From positions 96,001 to 160,000 of the IMG/VR virus record IMGVR_UViG_3300022555_000003: a DNA stretch of 64,000 nucleotides; one strand, written 5' to 3'. The stretch is from a virus (Duplodnaviria; Caudoviricetes). Below, one piece after another: positions 47,897 through 57,074 of this stretch. Made by a program: the position numbers and the translations under genes. The notes beneath the pieces are model-generated. The model did no database searches and was not told the DNA's origin. It worked only from the letters and a program-made list of their open reading frames with translations. Position 1 is the first letter of the stretch. Each line of letters opens with the position of its first letter.

Positions 47897-48035
47897 TGTT
47901 GTCCCAGCAAGTCGATATATTTCTATACCACAACAACCCGGCCTTCGCGAAGTTGACGGCTTTTCAGCATCTGATCTCAAAGCCGAAGCTCTGACGTTTT
48001 TCCAGGTTCTTCACTCTGGTCCACGCGGATCAACA
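47897..48035 (-). ncRNA. Candidate structured ncRNA between tRNA-Pro and tRNA-Asn
   Basis: Closing stem TGTTGATCC/GGGACAACA; UUCG and GAAA tetraloop hairpins; GC-rich. Confidence 0.45.
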
Positions 48036-48045
48036 AAATTTTTAG

Positions 48046-48119
48046 TCGGAGAAGCAGGATTCGGACCTGCGATATTCTGTTCCCAAAACAGACGGATTAC
48101 CAGACTTTCCCATTCTCCG
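48046..48119 (-). tRNA. tRNA-Pro(TGG)
   Basis: TCTGT-TTTGGGA-ACAGA; CGGAGAA/TTCTCCG. Confidence 0.9.
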
Positions 48120-48147
48120 ATAACATTATTATTTATCTTTTCTATTT

Positions 48148-48184
48148 CTCTTTAATTATAGCAGTTTTTTCATTTCCTGTCAAA
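48148..48184 (-). promoter_or_regulatory. Early promoter heading the tRNA cluster
   Basis: TTGACA-17-TATAAT TAAAGAGA on minus. Confidence 0.75.
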
Positions 48185-48332
48185 TATTTCTTCCTCAATT
48201 AAAATCATTTCATATTTTCTCTTTATCACAGTTAGTGGAGGACGTTCAATCAATGTCAGACCGTCGCAATTACATTCAAATGAACACAGGCCTGATTCAC
48301 CAATAACAGAATTACATTTTATACAATAATAA

Positions 48333-48890
48333 TTAGTTACGAACAAATTTTTGTACTCCTAAAGTTCTCAAAACCTTCTGTACTGCAATTAATTGCCTAA
48401 AACAGTCGTCCATTGCATCATGCGTTACTTTTGGCTGCTTTACTGATACCAAATCGATAATAGTTCGCGAATCTCTAACCTGCCAATATGGCCAAGGTCG
48501 AGGCATATTATATTGTGCATAAGCATGTTCGAGCATTGAGATATCAAAAGTTGTTCCTTGTGCCCAAATTCGATCAGCTTTATTCCAAATAAATTTATGC
48601 AGTTGACTCAACGCTTCTTGCAACGAAACACGTACCAAACCTTCACCAAAAATACTATCTTGGACTGCTTGATCTTGTTGGCTCCACCATTTAATAGTAT
48701 CTGGATTAATAGTCCTTGTTGGTTGAGATTCAATATCAATTAATAGATGTAGTTGGGTAAGATCATATAGCTTTACACTCGAATTTTCATAATCCTGAAA
48801 TGGATCAAAACATACCGCTGCCATTGATACGATAGTTGCATTAACACTCGTATCTAATGTTTCTAAATCTATCATTATTGAATTGCTCAT
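48333..48890 (-). CDS. DEDDh 3'-5' exonuclease (Rv2179c/exonuclease VIII-like)
   Basis: IMIDLETL, WAQGTTFDI, RDSRT, HDAMDDC. Confidence 0.85.
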   Translation of the reverse strand: MSNSIMIDLETLDTSVNATIVSMAAVCFDPFQDYENSSVKLYDLTQLHLLIDIESQPTRTINPDTIKWWSQQDQAVQDSIFGEGLVRVSLQEALSQLHKFIWNKADRIWAQGTTFDISMLEHAYAQYNMPRPWPYWQVRDSRTIIDLVSVKQPKVTHDAMDDCFRQLIAVQKVLRTLGVQKFVRN

Positions 48891-48950
48891 GTATTAAGTA
48901 TAGCAGTTCATTATAGAATTGTCAAACTTAAATTGATAAATACTTGTACT

Positions 48951-49205
48951 ATGGCAGCCAACGGAATTTCAACATTATCAACGAAAGAACTTAAACAGAT
49001 TGCGAAACTGAATCTAGCACAAACCAAACGACAAGCTGGTGGTAATACTTCTCAACCATTTTATCGACCACTTAATACGTACGATATTAATTTATTACCT
49101 ACGCACTATATTGGAGATACAGTTGTAAATAATGTCCACGCAGGTGATCCAACTCCAGGGAGGCCCTGGACTAATAATTTATCACTACAGAATATGATAA
49201 ATTAA
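48951..49205 (+). CDS. Small late (probably virion) protein
   Basis: ATAAATA at 48936; MAANGISTL...YDINLLPTHY...PGRPW. Confidence 0.55.
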   Translation: MAANGISTLSTKELKQIAKLNLAQTKRQAGGNTSQPFYRPLNTYDINLLPTHYIGDTVVNNVHAGDPTPGRPWTNNLSLQNMIN

Positions 49206-49236
49206 ATAATGTTTATCAAAAGGAAAAAAGGAAAAT

Positions 49237-49999
49237 ATGAAACTAATTTTATTTCTAGCGCTGGCAGGCCTGGCTCACGGACAGACGCTCAACAGTGGAT
49301 CATCGGTTCTGAATGATGCTGTGAACTCGAAAGCGCCGATTGCGAACCCGACGTTTACGGGCAACGTAACGATTGGGGCTACAGTACCCAGTAACGCACC
49401 TCCGGCAAGCCTCTCTGTAAGCGGGAACGTGTATGCCGGGACACTCCCAGTCGCAACCTTCCGCAGCGGCTGGGGCGCGCCAACGGGCAACACCGACGCG
49501 CAACTCTACCTGGATCAAGCCAGCGGAACGATTTATTTCCAGTCCAGCGGGTTGTGGGCTCCGATGTCTACTGCGACACCCGTTTACGGCTGGTATGTGG
49601 ACCCTCACTGGCGCACCCGCCTGGGCTGCTAACAGACTTTACAAGGGTTCAATCTCCCGCGCTTCCGCTGGCATTTGGGACTGCTGGTACACGGGATCGA
49701 CGCCAGCAATAACTACCGGATTGGCTATACGACGATCACTGGGCTATAGGTAACGTAAATACGCGAAAGCGTTACGAGGAATTATGAAACTTCTAATCTT
49801 CTTCTTGATCGCATCGACGGCATGGGCGCAGACCATTGCCTCAACGTCAATCGGAACCTCATGCACGTTGGCGCAGGAGGCCACAGCAAATCCGACGCAG
49901 CAGACCGTCCAGTGGACCATCCCGGCGACGTAGACGGCATTGCCGTCTACGATCTCCATAAATCCAAGAGTATCCGCGATCTCCTCCACACGCACTTAA
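49237..49999 (+). mobile_element. GC-rich acquired island with two decayed signal-peptide genes
   Basis: About 55-60% GC in sampled lines versus about 30% flanks; ORFs 49237-49632 and 49784-49933; no transposase seen. Confidence 0.6.
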
Positions 50000-50558
50000 A
50001 TATTTTCCGATGTTCTTCTGTCATTATCTGTCCTTGTCGGTTATGGCGTAATACAAACCAAGCGTGGAGATAAATAAACTAGAAACCATAGTGAATAGCG
50101 GAGCGTAAGACACGCTCCTCCATATCGGATCTGCCCACAAGTCGGAATGTAAAACATCAATAATCATCGCAGAGTCCAACAAGATAATCACGGACCAGAA
50201 AACTACCAAAATTTTACCCTTTGTCATGCTCCACCTTCACATTCATTCATAAAGGTTGGCAACGCCTTAACTAATTTTGATCTGTGTTCTACATTTTCCA
50301 TTTAGATTCCCCACCCTCTTTTATTGATTGATCCTTCACCAGATGATGTTCGTTCACCTTCGCGAACACGTCTTAGTGTTTCAATTAATAGATGTATTGT
50401 GCATTCTTGGCATAAATCAGCGTTGTCAATTTCATAATTATTATGGTGTTCTATTTTGATTTTTAATCTATCCCAATATGTACCAAATGACTCTTGTTCA
50501 AATGTTATTGCTAACGAACGACAATTCGTTAGCAATATTTTACCACAATAATCACAAT

Positions 50559-51197
50559 TTATTTCTGTGTTTGTGTGCCTAGACATGTATACTTCCTAAT
50601 TGACAGAGAAATTAAACCAACACCAATTAAAAATAATGTGTTTGGTTCAGGAATAGCTGTACTATAAGACAATTTTCCAAACTCAGCAGCAGGAGAAGTA
50701 CTTGCAACTACTAATTGATTTACTGAACCTTTGGTAATATTAAATCTTACATATGATACCACACTTTGATCTCCTGTACCTGGTGGGACTAATTGAGCTC
50801 CAGTGTATTGAGCAACCAATGCAGCACCATCCCAAAGTTGAAATACATTATATGCATCGGGCGATCCTAGTAAAAATTCAATATATGTTGCTGGTGTTGT
50901 GAAAGTAATTGAAATTAAATCTGGAACTCCACATCCTCCAACCCCAATATATGTATGTGCGTAACCAGCTAATGCAGCATTACAGTTCACTTGACTTCCA
51001 GAAAAGAATGGGGCATTACCAGCAGACCAATTTCCAATTACCACATTATTAATTGTATAGGGAGATGGAGTATTATGATCTAATCCATCGAATGAAATAG
51101 TAGTTGCTCCTGGTTGACTAGTAGAATTGTTGGTAAAAGAAACTGTGGTTGCGCTAGCCAAAACTAGCGAAAATAAACTAAGCAAAAGTATTTTCAT
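50559..51197 (-). CDS. PEP-CTERM sorting-domain protein
   Basis: Signal MKILLLSLFSLVLASA; C-terminus IPEPNTLFLIGVGLISLSIRK; ATG 51197 after GGAG. Confidence 0.85.
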   Translation of the reverse strand: MKILLLSLFSLVLASATTVSFTNNSTSQPGATTISFDGLDHNTPSPYTINNVVIGNWSAGNAPFFSGSQVNCNAALAGYAHTYIGVGGCGVPDLISITFTTPATYIEFLLGSPDAYNVFQLWDGAALVAQYTGAQLVPPGTGDQSVVSYVRFNITKGSVNQLVVASTSPAAEFGKLSYSTAIPEPNTLFLIGVGLISLSIRKYTCLGTQTQK

Positions 51198-51493
51198 TAT
51201 TATCTCCAAATATTACATCGATATTTATCAAACCCAGACAAGTTTAAATGGTGTTGATTTCGAACTCTTTACGAATAGTATCAATAAGATTATCAATAGC
51301 CATTCGTCCACGATGATCTCCTACTTCATCACAAGCATCCCACGAGATTTCAGCTAAATTCAAAACTCGTTCTATTGATGTTAATTCAACTTGTTGTAGT
51401 AGATCAAGTACATTAGATGCTTTTATGCCATCTGGTTTCAATCCAATAATAATATCAACCACATCGGGCATATACTTATTTCTATCCATAATT

Positions 51494-51883
51494 TTATGCA
51501 AGTTTGAGTGGTTCAATCCAAGCTGCTAGATCGCCTTCTAGAGTTGCTGGCCATTCTTCTTCTTTAATTAGACAATAAATATTATCTGGAAGAATAATTC
51601 CAACAGCAGTCAATGCACCATTTAGTGACATTTCGTCTTCTCTAAATGCAGCCCAACAATAATTATTATTAACATCTGTTTTGCAGAATGTTTCAAACTG
51701 AGCTAGTTGAGCACTATTCCCTCCATTCAAGATGATAATAGTTTTGTCATCAGTTGCCCATTGCTTGAAATGCTTATGTTTCTTCATCGCCATCTCAGAA
51801 ATAACATGAGCAGACTGAAGACCACATTGAAGTTGAGACAAATAATAATTTGTCAAAATGTAAGCTCTGTAATTTTTATTCAT
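51494..51883 (-). CDS. Peptidyl-tRNA hydrolase type 2 (PTH2)-like protein
   Basis: LSQLQCGLQSAHV, KTIIILNGG, AAFRED, LTAVGI. Confidence 0.7.
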   Translation of the reverse strand: MNKNYRAYILTNYYLSQLQCGLQSAHVISEMAMKKHKHFKQWATDDKTIIILNGGNSAQLAQFETFCKTDVNNNYCWAAFREDEMSLNGALTAVGIILPDNIYCLIKEEEWPATLEGDLAAWIEPLKLA

Positions 51884-51893
51884 ATAAATTTAG

Positions 51894-51967
51894 TACCCAA
51901 AATAGGACTTGAACCTACAACATCTTGCTTGTAAAGCAAGCGCTCTAACCAATTGAGCTATTCGGGT
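51894..51967 (-). tRNA. tRNA-Val(TAC)
   Basis: CTTGC-TTTACAA-GCAAG. Confidence 0.92.
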
Positions 51968-51974
51968 AATTTAG

Positions 51975-52055
51975 TAGCCCCGGGAGAAGTTGAATCTCAT
52001 ACCGTCCGCCCAACTTTAAGGATCAGTTTAGAAGACTGATGTCGGGTTCGGGGCC
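51975..52055 (-). tRNA. Non-canonical tRNA-Arg(TCT)-like gene without a D-arm
   Basis: GGCCCCG/CGGGGCT acceptor; TCAGT-CTTCTAA-ACTGA; 9-nt connector in place of the D-arm; 24-nt variable region. Confidence 0.6.
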
Positions 52056-52215
52056 ATAATTTCTAAAACGATTTAACTGTGATTCTTTGCCATTTCTTAA
52101 AACTATTCCTAAAGAATGTAATATTTTTGCAAAATTAACAGGACTTGGATGATTATATTTTTTTGCTAATTCACTAAGTGAAAACCCATCATTATCACCT
52201 TGTTTTTAAATTTAG

Positions 52216-52288
52216 TTGGCCCAGACGGAATTGAACCGTCAACATCTTCATTAAAAGTGAAGCACTCTGCCAATTGAGTTATGGGCCA
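52216..52288 (-). tRNA. tRNA-Lys(TTT)
   Basis: CTTCA-CTTTTAA-TGAAG. Confidence 0.92.
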
Positions 52289-52297
52289 ATATACTAA

Positions 52298-52372
52298 TGG
52301 TAGGGAGTATTGGATTCGAACCAATAATGTCGGAGCCAAAGTCCAAAGGTTTGCCAATTAGCCTAACTCCCT
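52298..52372 (-). tRNA. tRNA-Gln(TTG)
   Basis: TTGGA-CTTTGGC-TCCGA; CCA encoded. Confidence 0.88.
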
Positions 52373-52411
52373 ATTTATTATTCTATACTATTTAAGTATA
52401 GCAGTATTTAT

Positions 52412-52801
52412 CTAATAAGTCAATCTTAAAATTTCTTTATCTTTCTTTTCTGCATACCGTATTGTTGCCCACGTTCCACTTCTAATTTCTTCTATGTTTG
52501 TTCTTGGTGCAGCAATTAATACATCAGTGCAATCAACAATGACATGATTTCGCTTTATATAATCAAGTGGTTTTAAAATTTTATCATTTTGGTCAAAATA
52601 TCCACGCTTTGACATTATAATTGGTGGATGACAAACTACATAATACCCAAGTTCTTTTGCAATTAATGCTGCTTGGATATCTGAACCAATACAATCACCA
52701 TGATGAAATTCACCATCTTTGAAAAAAGTCAAAATATTAAATATCTCTTCAATTTGAAGATCTGACATTCCTTTTTGTGTTCCAGTGAACCCAATTTTCA
52801 T
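52412..52801 (-). CDS. SLOG/DprA-like Rossmann-fold protein
   Basis: KIGFTGTQ, HHGDCIGSD, RNHVIVD, RSGTWATIRYA. Confidence 0.7.
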   Translation of the reverse strand: MKIGFTGTQKGMSDLQIEEIFNILTFFKDGEFHHGDCIGSDIQAALIAKELGYYVVCHPPIIMSKRGYFDQNDKILKPLDYIKRNHVIVDCTDVLIAAPRTNIEEIRSGTWATIRYAEKKDKEILRLTY

Positions 52802-53005
52802 TAATTTATGACCACTTTGCTACTTGAATTGTGTTTAACGTGATTAGATCTTTGAAATCTTTGAATGCTTTTGTAATTCGCTTATCATAAAAATATAAAG
52901 TGTCTCCATTTTCAAAGAAAAATTGAGCATCTTTTTTACCAACGCGCTCAATTTTGAACAACTTAATATTCAACTTTTTATATTCTTTAGCAGTCATTTA
53001 AAAAA

Positions 53006-53779
53006 TCAACCACCCACTGATTCTAAAATTATTTGATCTGTAATGATACTTTGACAAAGATCATTTATGGTATCAAAATCTGGATATTCTGGTAGCATCT
53101 TGAGATTAGCTGCTTTTTGAGCATTATCTAATTCATTATCTACTAATAATATCCAATCACTTAGAGAAAGTCCGCCATTTCGAATATAAAGCAATTCATC
53201 AGCATCATTTCTAAAAATATTCATCTTTCCACTTAGGAAGAATTCAGTTGCCATCCTTAAAATTCGAATAGTATGCATGGCATATTTCACATCATACCCA
53301 TATTTTTCAACTAATAGCTTTCGTTTTGTACCTAGTTTTCCAGTAATGCAATTAACAACAGCATTTCTTTGACTTTGTGAATATCCAATAAGTGTGTTGT
53401 ATGCTTGTTGACTTTCAAATGCTTGTCGATTTTTGATTAAACTTTTTCCTTCGGGAGTAATAATAGTATATTCATGATCTCTCAAATATAGCAAAGGAAT
53501 AACATTTGGATTAAACTTAATACACAATTTCAAAAATTTTCGTAGTTCAAAAATAGTTGATTCTGCATTGATAGTTTCCTTTTTGTCTAGGACAAAAGTA
53601 TCTTCACCAGCAACAAGTCCAGTATAATACGAATTGGGTTTTAGAATAATACCCAAGAAGTCTACATCAGAATCTTCTGTGGCTGCTCCGTAAGATTGTG
53701 AACCAACTTGTCCAACAAGGATATACTTTCCCGACTCCTTAGGAAGGTTAAAATTTACATTATATTCTTCTGTGGTCAT
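53006..53779 (-). CDS. Pol-beta-superfamily nucleotidyltransferase (T4 NrdC.11-like)
   Basis: VGSQSYG...SDVDFLG, ELRKF, NPN, YDVKYAMHTIR. Confidence 0.8.
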   Translation of the reverse strand: MTTEEYNVNFNLPKESGKYILVGQVGSQSYGAATEDSDVDFLGIILKPNSYYTGLVAGEDTFVLDKKETINAESTIFELRKFLKLCIKFNPNVIPLLYLRDHEYTIITPEGKSLIKNRQAFESQQAYNTLIGYSQSQRNAVVNCITGKLGTKRKLLVEKYGYDVKYAMHTIRILRMATEFFLSGKMNIFRNDADELLYIRNGGLSLSDWILLVDNELDNAQKAANLKMLPEYPDFDTINDLCQSIITDQIILESVGG

Positions 53780-54628
53780 AATTTTTCTACTTTAACTACT
53801 ATAGTTTCAGGCTGCCCACCACAGTATAGTTCAATTTTTATTTTGACCATCACATACTCCAATATGTTTCTGAGGACGGATCACAACATAGAGGTGTATT
53901 GCTTTTAATGGTTACATTTTTTCCAGACATCAAATTTTTTACAATCTTGTTTTTTACAATTTTTGAATCATAATATTCAGCTAAAGCCACAGCATACGGG
54001 GCAATTGCATATTCTGTTTCTCCATTGACAACGTGTTCGCAGTATTCACAATCAACAAAGCCATGTTGGACACGATGAATCCTTTCGTAACCAACTCTGC
54101 GATTAGCAACTCTCATTGACTTTCGAGCAGAACCTTGTGAATTATGTGTTGATACGTGCATAGTAGATTTTATGTGGTACACAACAAAAGACATATTATT
54201 TCCTCAATCCTTCAAGCATCGCAGTCAACGTTGCATGTTCTTCGTCACTCAACCATCTTGCGCTATAATCGTTCTGCTCAAGATATAGTGTAACGACCTT
54301 TGAAAAGTCGGACCATTTACTTCTTACTTCGTTCATTTCATTTCGTTCCTGGAGTCGCTCTCGTAATGTTTCGGGTTTATACAAGTATGTTGCACTGTAT
54401 GGGGACTTTCGTTCGGTACCATGCTTATCGTATGAGGTTCCATTTTCTAACATAATATGCCCAAACTTGTTGATCTTAACAATGTTGCTAAAACCATAGT
54501 TCATGAGCGTACTGTTATAATACCTTGCAAACCCAACTTCATCTCCAACTTTGAGTGCTCCAATATCAAACATTCTTTTCTCCTACTCTTTAAGTATAGC
54601 AATTTAGGTAAATGATGTCAACCAAAAT

Positions 54629-54743
54629 AAAACGTCGTTTAAGCAATTCTTAGGGCACACTTGGTACAATTACCCTAACTCTGGCTTTAAAATGCGTTAT
54701 ACGGCGTTTTGTGCCAATTTAGGTGTTGAAAACAAATGACTTA
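54629..54743 (-). repeat. 115-bp palindromic element, copy 3 (promoter at 54585-54622)
   Basis: Same arms and geometry; first TAA is the stop of 54741-55178. Confidence 0.9.
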
Positions 54744-55178
54744 ATTTCCATATCTAATACCTTTCATAATTAAATATGTTAGCTGTTCTGGATCTAAATT
54801 AGTAGTTGAATTAAATCTTGTATATCGATCTATTTTCACATTATCTAACTTTGCACCACGTAAATCTGCTCCACTTAAATCTGCACCACACAACTCAGCC
54901 ATATTTAAATCTGCGCCACACAACTCAGCCATATTTAAATCTGCGCCACACAAATCAGCCATATTTAAATTTGCACCACTTAAATCTGCGCCACACAAAT
55001 CAGCCATATTTAAATTTGCGCCACTTAAATCTGCGCCAATTAATATTGACCTAAATAAATTTGCTCCACTTAAATCAGAATCGTATAAATCTGCTCCACT
55101 TAAATCAGAATCACGAAGATCTGCGTGACGAAGGTCAGCTCCCCATAATTTTTCACCAACTCTAGTTTTAATTTCCAT
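54741..55178 (-). CDS. Pentapeptide-repeat protein 10
   Basis: MEIKTRVG ... [26 protein letters not shown]. Confidence 0.9.
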   Translation of the reverse strand: MEIKTRVGEKLWGADLRHADLRDSDLSGADLYDSDLSGANLFRSILIGADLSGANLNMADLCGADLSGANLNMADLCGADLNMAELCGADLNMAELCGADLSGADLRGAKLDNVKIDRYTRFNSTTNLDPEQLTYLIMKGIRYGN

Positions 55179-55494
55179 ATTTAACCCCTTTGAGTATCAG
55201 GTAGGTAAGCTGTTCTGGATCTAAATTAGTAGTTGAATTAATTCTTGTATATCGATCTACTGTCACATTTTCTAAATTTGCTCCACTTAAATCAGAATCG
55301 TATAAATCTGCTCCACTTAAATCAGAATCACGCAAATCTGCTCCACTTAATATTGACCTAAATAAATTTACTCCACGTAAATTTACTCCACGTAGATCTG
55401 CATCTCTTAAATTAGCCCAAGATAAATCTGATCCATCTAATGTGAAACGTCCTGATGTTAATAATATTTTGCCTAATTTAGATTTAATTTGCAT
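55168..55494 (-). CDS. Pentapeptide-repeat protein 11
   Basis: MQIKSKLG ... [26 protein letters not shown]. Confidence 0.9.
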   Translation of the reverse strand: MQIKSKLGKILLTSGRFTLDGSDLSWANLRDADLRGVNLRGVNLFRSILSGADLRDSDLSGADLYDSDLSGANLENVTVDRYTRINSTTNLDPEQLTYLILKGVKYGN

Positions 55495-55503
55495 GAAGAT
55501 AAA

Positions 55504-56205
55504 TTACTTGATAACTTTAATTCTGGTAAGCTTGGTCACATTGTCATCACAATGTTGTTTGATTTGAGCAGACAAAAATTTCTTTGTGCCAGTTCCCAAA
55601 TCCTCTTTAAAGAAGAAAAAGAAAATATCGTTGCCCATCTTAGCATTGATAATCCACGTCTGCCATTTCATGCTAAAAGTAGATTTCAAAATCTCAAACT
55701 CACCCATAATCTTTGAGCCAACAGTTCCAACATGAGCGCTGTTTTTTACAAGTTCGTCAATGTTTTCTTTATTAAGGTCGCGGGCGTAACAACTAGGCAG
55801 TGATGAAACTACCGCCAAATCATATGTGTCTACATCAGTAAACATTTCTTTAGATGCGACGCGCAACGTAGTGGACAAGAAATCATTTAACTGTCCGCCA
55901 ACCAACTTAAACAACAGGCCCTGATAATGAGTGCGAATTGCTTTGCCTTGTTCGATATGCTCAGGAGTCATTGTCTTGTTCATAAGAATATTGCGCACTT
56001 CTTCTTTGTTTGGACGATTTACAATTTTGTAATTACCATCTATCGGGTGGCCATACGTTGGTTCCTTAATGTAACCCTTGTTTAGCTCTTGGGCAGCAAC
56101 AGCCGCACCAAATACTTCATCGGGTGTAAATTCTTTTGATGGAGTTCGCTTGGGGTAAGATCCTTTTCCGTACGGTTTACGATATCTTGTGGAATTATAA
56201 TACAT
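55504..56205 (-). CDS. Early hypothetical protein, possible C-terminal OB-fold
   Basis: Behind promoter with AGGAG SD; HVGTVG.K..GEFEI...K.H....TKLTR. Confidence 0.5.
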   Translation of the reverse strand: MYYNSTRYRKPYGKGSYPKRTPSKEFTPDEVFGAAVAAQELNKGYIKEPTYGHPIDGNYKIVNRPNKEEVRNILMNKTMTPEHIEQGKAIRTHYQGLLFKLVGGQLNDFLSTTLRVASKEMFTDVDTYDLAVVSSLPSCYARDLNKENIDELVKNSAHVGTVGSKIMGEFEILKSTFSMKWQTWIINAKMGNDIFFFFFKEDLGTGTKKFLSAQIKQHCDDNVTKLTRIKVIK

Positions 56206-56269
56206 AATGTCTCCTGTTTCTGCTACTCTTTAAGTATAGCAGTTTGATTAAAGAAATGTCAACCAAAAT

Positions 56270-56384
56270 AAAACGTCGTTTAAGCAATTGTTAAGGGCTA
56301 CTTGGGGCTAATGTACCAAATATGCTCTAAAAATTGCTTAAACGACGTTTTGGGAGGAAATGACTGTTGAAAATAAAGGACTTA
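56270..56384 (-). repeat. 115-bp palindromic element, copy 4 (perfect 20-bp arms, inverted core; promoter at 56225-56262)
   Basis: AAAACGTCGTTTAAGCAATT-42 nt-AATTGCTTAAACGACGTTTT; first TAA is the stop of 56382-57074. Confidence 0.92.
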
Positions 56385-57074
56385 CTTTATTAATCTGGGT
56401 CGACCACGCGGTTTCTTGACTTCAACATTAACGCCAGCTTCTAGTTCTAGCCGTTTAGCTTCAGCAAGCAACACGTTTGCTTCGTTTTTCATCCTTGCGG
56501 CTTGTTCCAACAGGTTTTGAGAAATATTACTTTCAGTTAAAACTTCTGCCACTGTTTCAATTTGATGCTTTGGCTTTTTGGAATTTATTAAATTGGCTTG
56601 AACAGTTTGTTTGTCAATTTCCGACATACGTTTAACTGCACCTTCACCAGCTTCCATTTCTTTAAGAATTTTATTTAGCTCGTCTAACCTAACATTGTTT
56701 TTCATATCAGGTGTGACAATAATTTGACCAGTCTGAACTTTTTTGATCAAACCTTCTTTGTGGAGTGTTGTTAAAATATTTCGACCATCTGGTAACAAAT
56801 TACGAAATAATGCTTCAGCAAATTCTTTTGCTTGTTGTCCAACATCTGATTCTAATACCTTCATAACAGCATCGTGGTATGTTCTTGGTAATAAATCACT
56901 ATAACAGACCAGACACATATGCTCTTCATCTGGTACTGTTTTATACATAATAACTATTTTTTTATCGCCGTGTCGTCCGATATGTTTTGTCATATTATCC
57001 TTTTGGTTGTGGTTCAGTTTGAGGTGGCATTGAAGATGTAATGAAGCTAGATAATTTATCATACAATTTTCCAA
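56382..57074 (-). CDS. Hypothetical protein with C-terminal AT-hook-like KKPRGRPR
   Basis: Likely start MTKHIGRHGDKK; coiled C-terminus. Confidence 0.55.
   Translation of the reverse strand: MENCMINYLASLHLQCHLKLNHNQKDNMTKHIGRHGDKKIVIMYKTVPDEEHMCLVCYSDLLPRTYHDAVMKVLESDVGQQAKEFAEALFRNLLPDGRNILTTLHKEGLIKKVQTGQIIVTPDMKNNVRLDELNKILKEMEAGEGAVKRMSEIDKQTVQANLINSKKPKHQIETVAEVLTESNISQNLLEQAARMKNEANVLLAEAKRLELEAGVNVEVKKPRGRPRLIK

Noticed and set aside
47063-48155. ORFs 47063-47260, 47742-47936 and 47868-48155
   Set aside because: They overlap clear tRNA cloverleaves and the candidate ncRNA
9830-51209. Extended starts in the ORF track (9830, 14363, 15274, 18052, 19396, 20932, 26725, 29121, 32286, 47712, 51209)
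   Set aside because: Downstream ATGs fit the SD, promoter, coupling or family N-terminal patterns better, and some extensions overlap tRNAs or neighbouring genes
19110-55494. Diversity-generating retroelement behind the paralog arrays
   Set aside because: No reverse transcriptase and no template/variable repeat pair differing only at adenines
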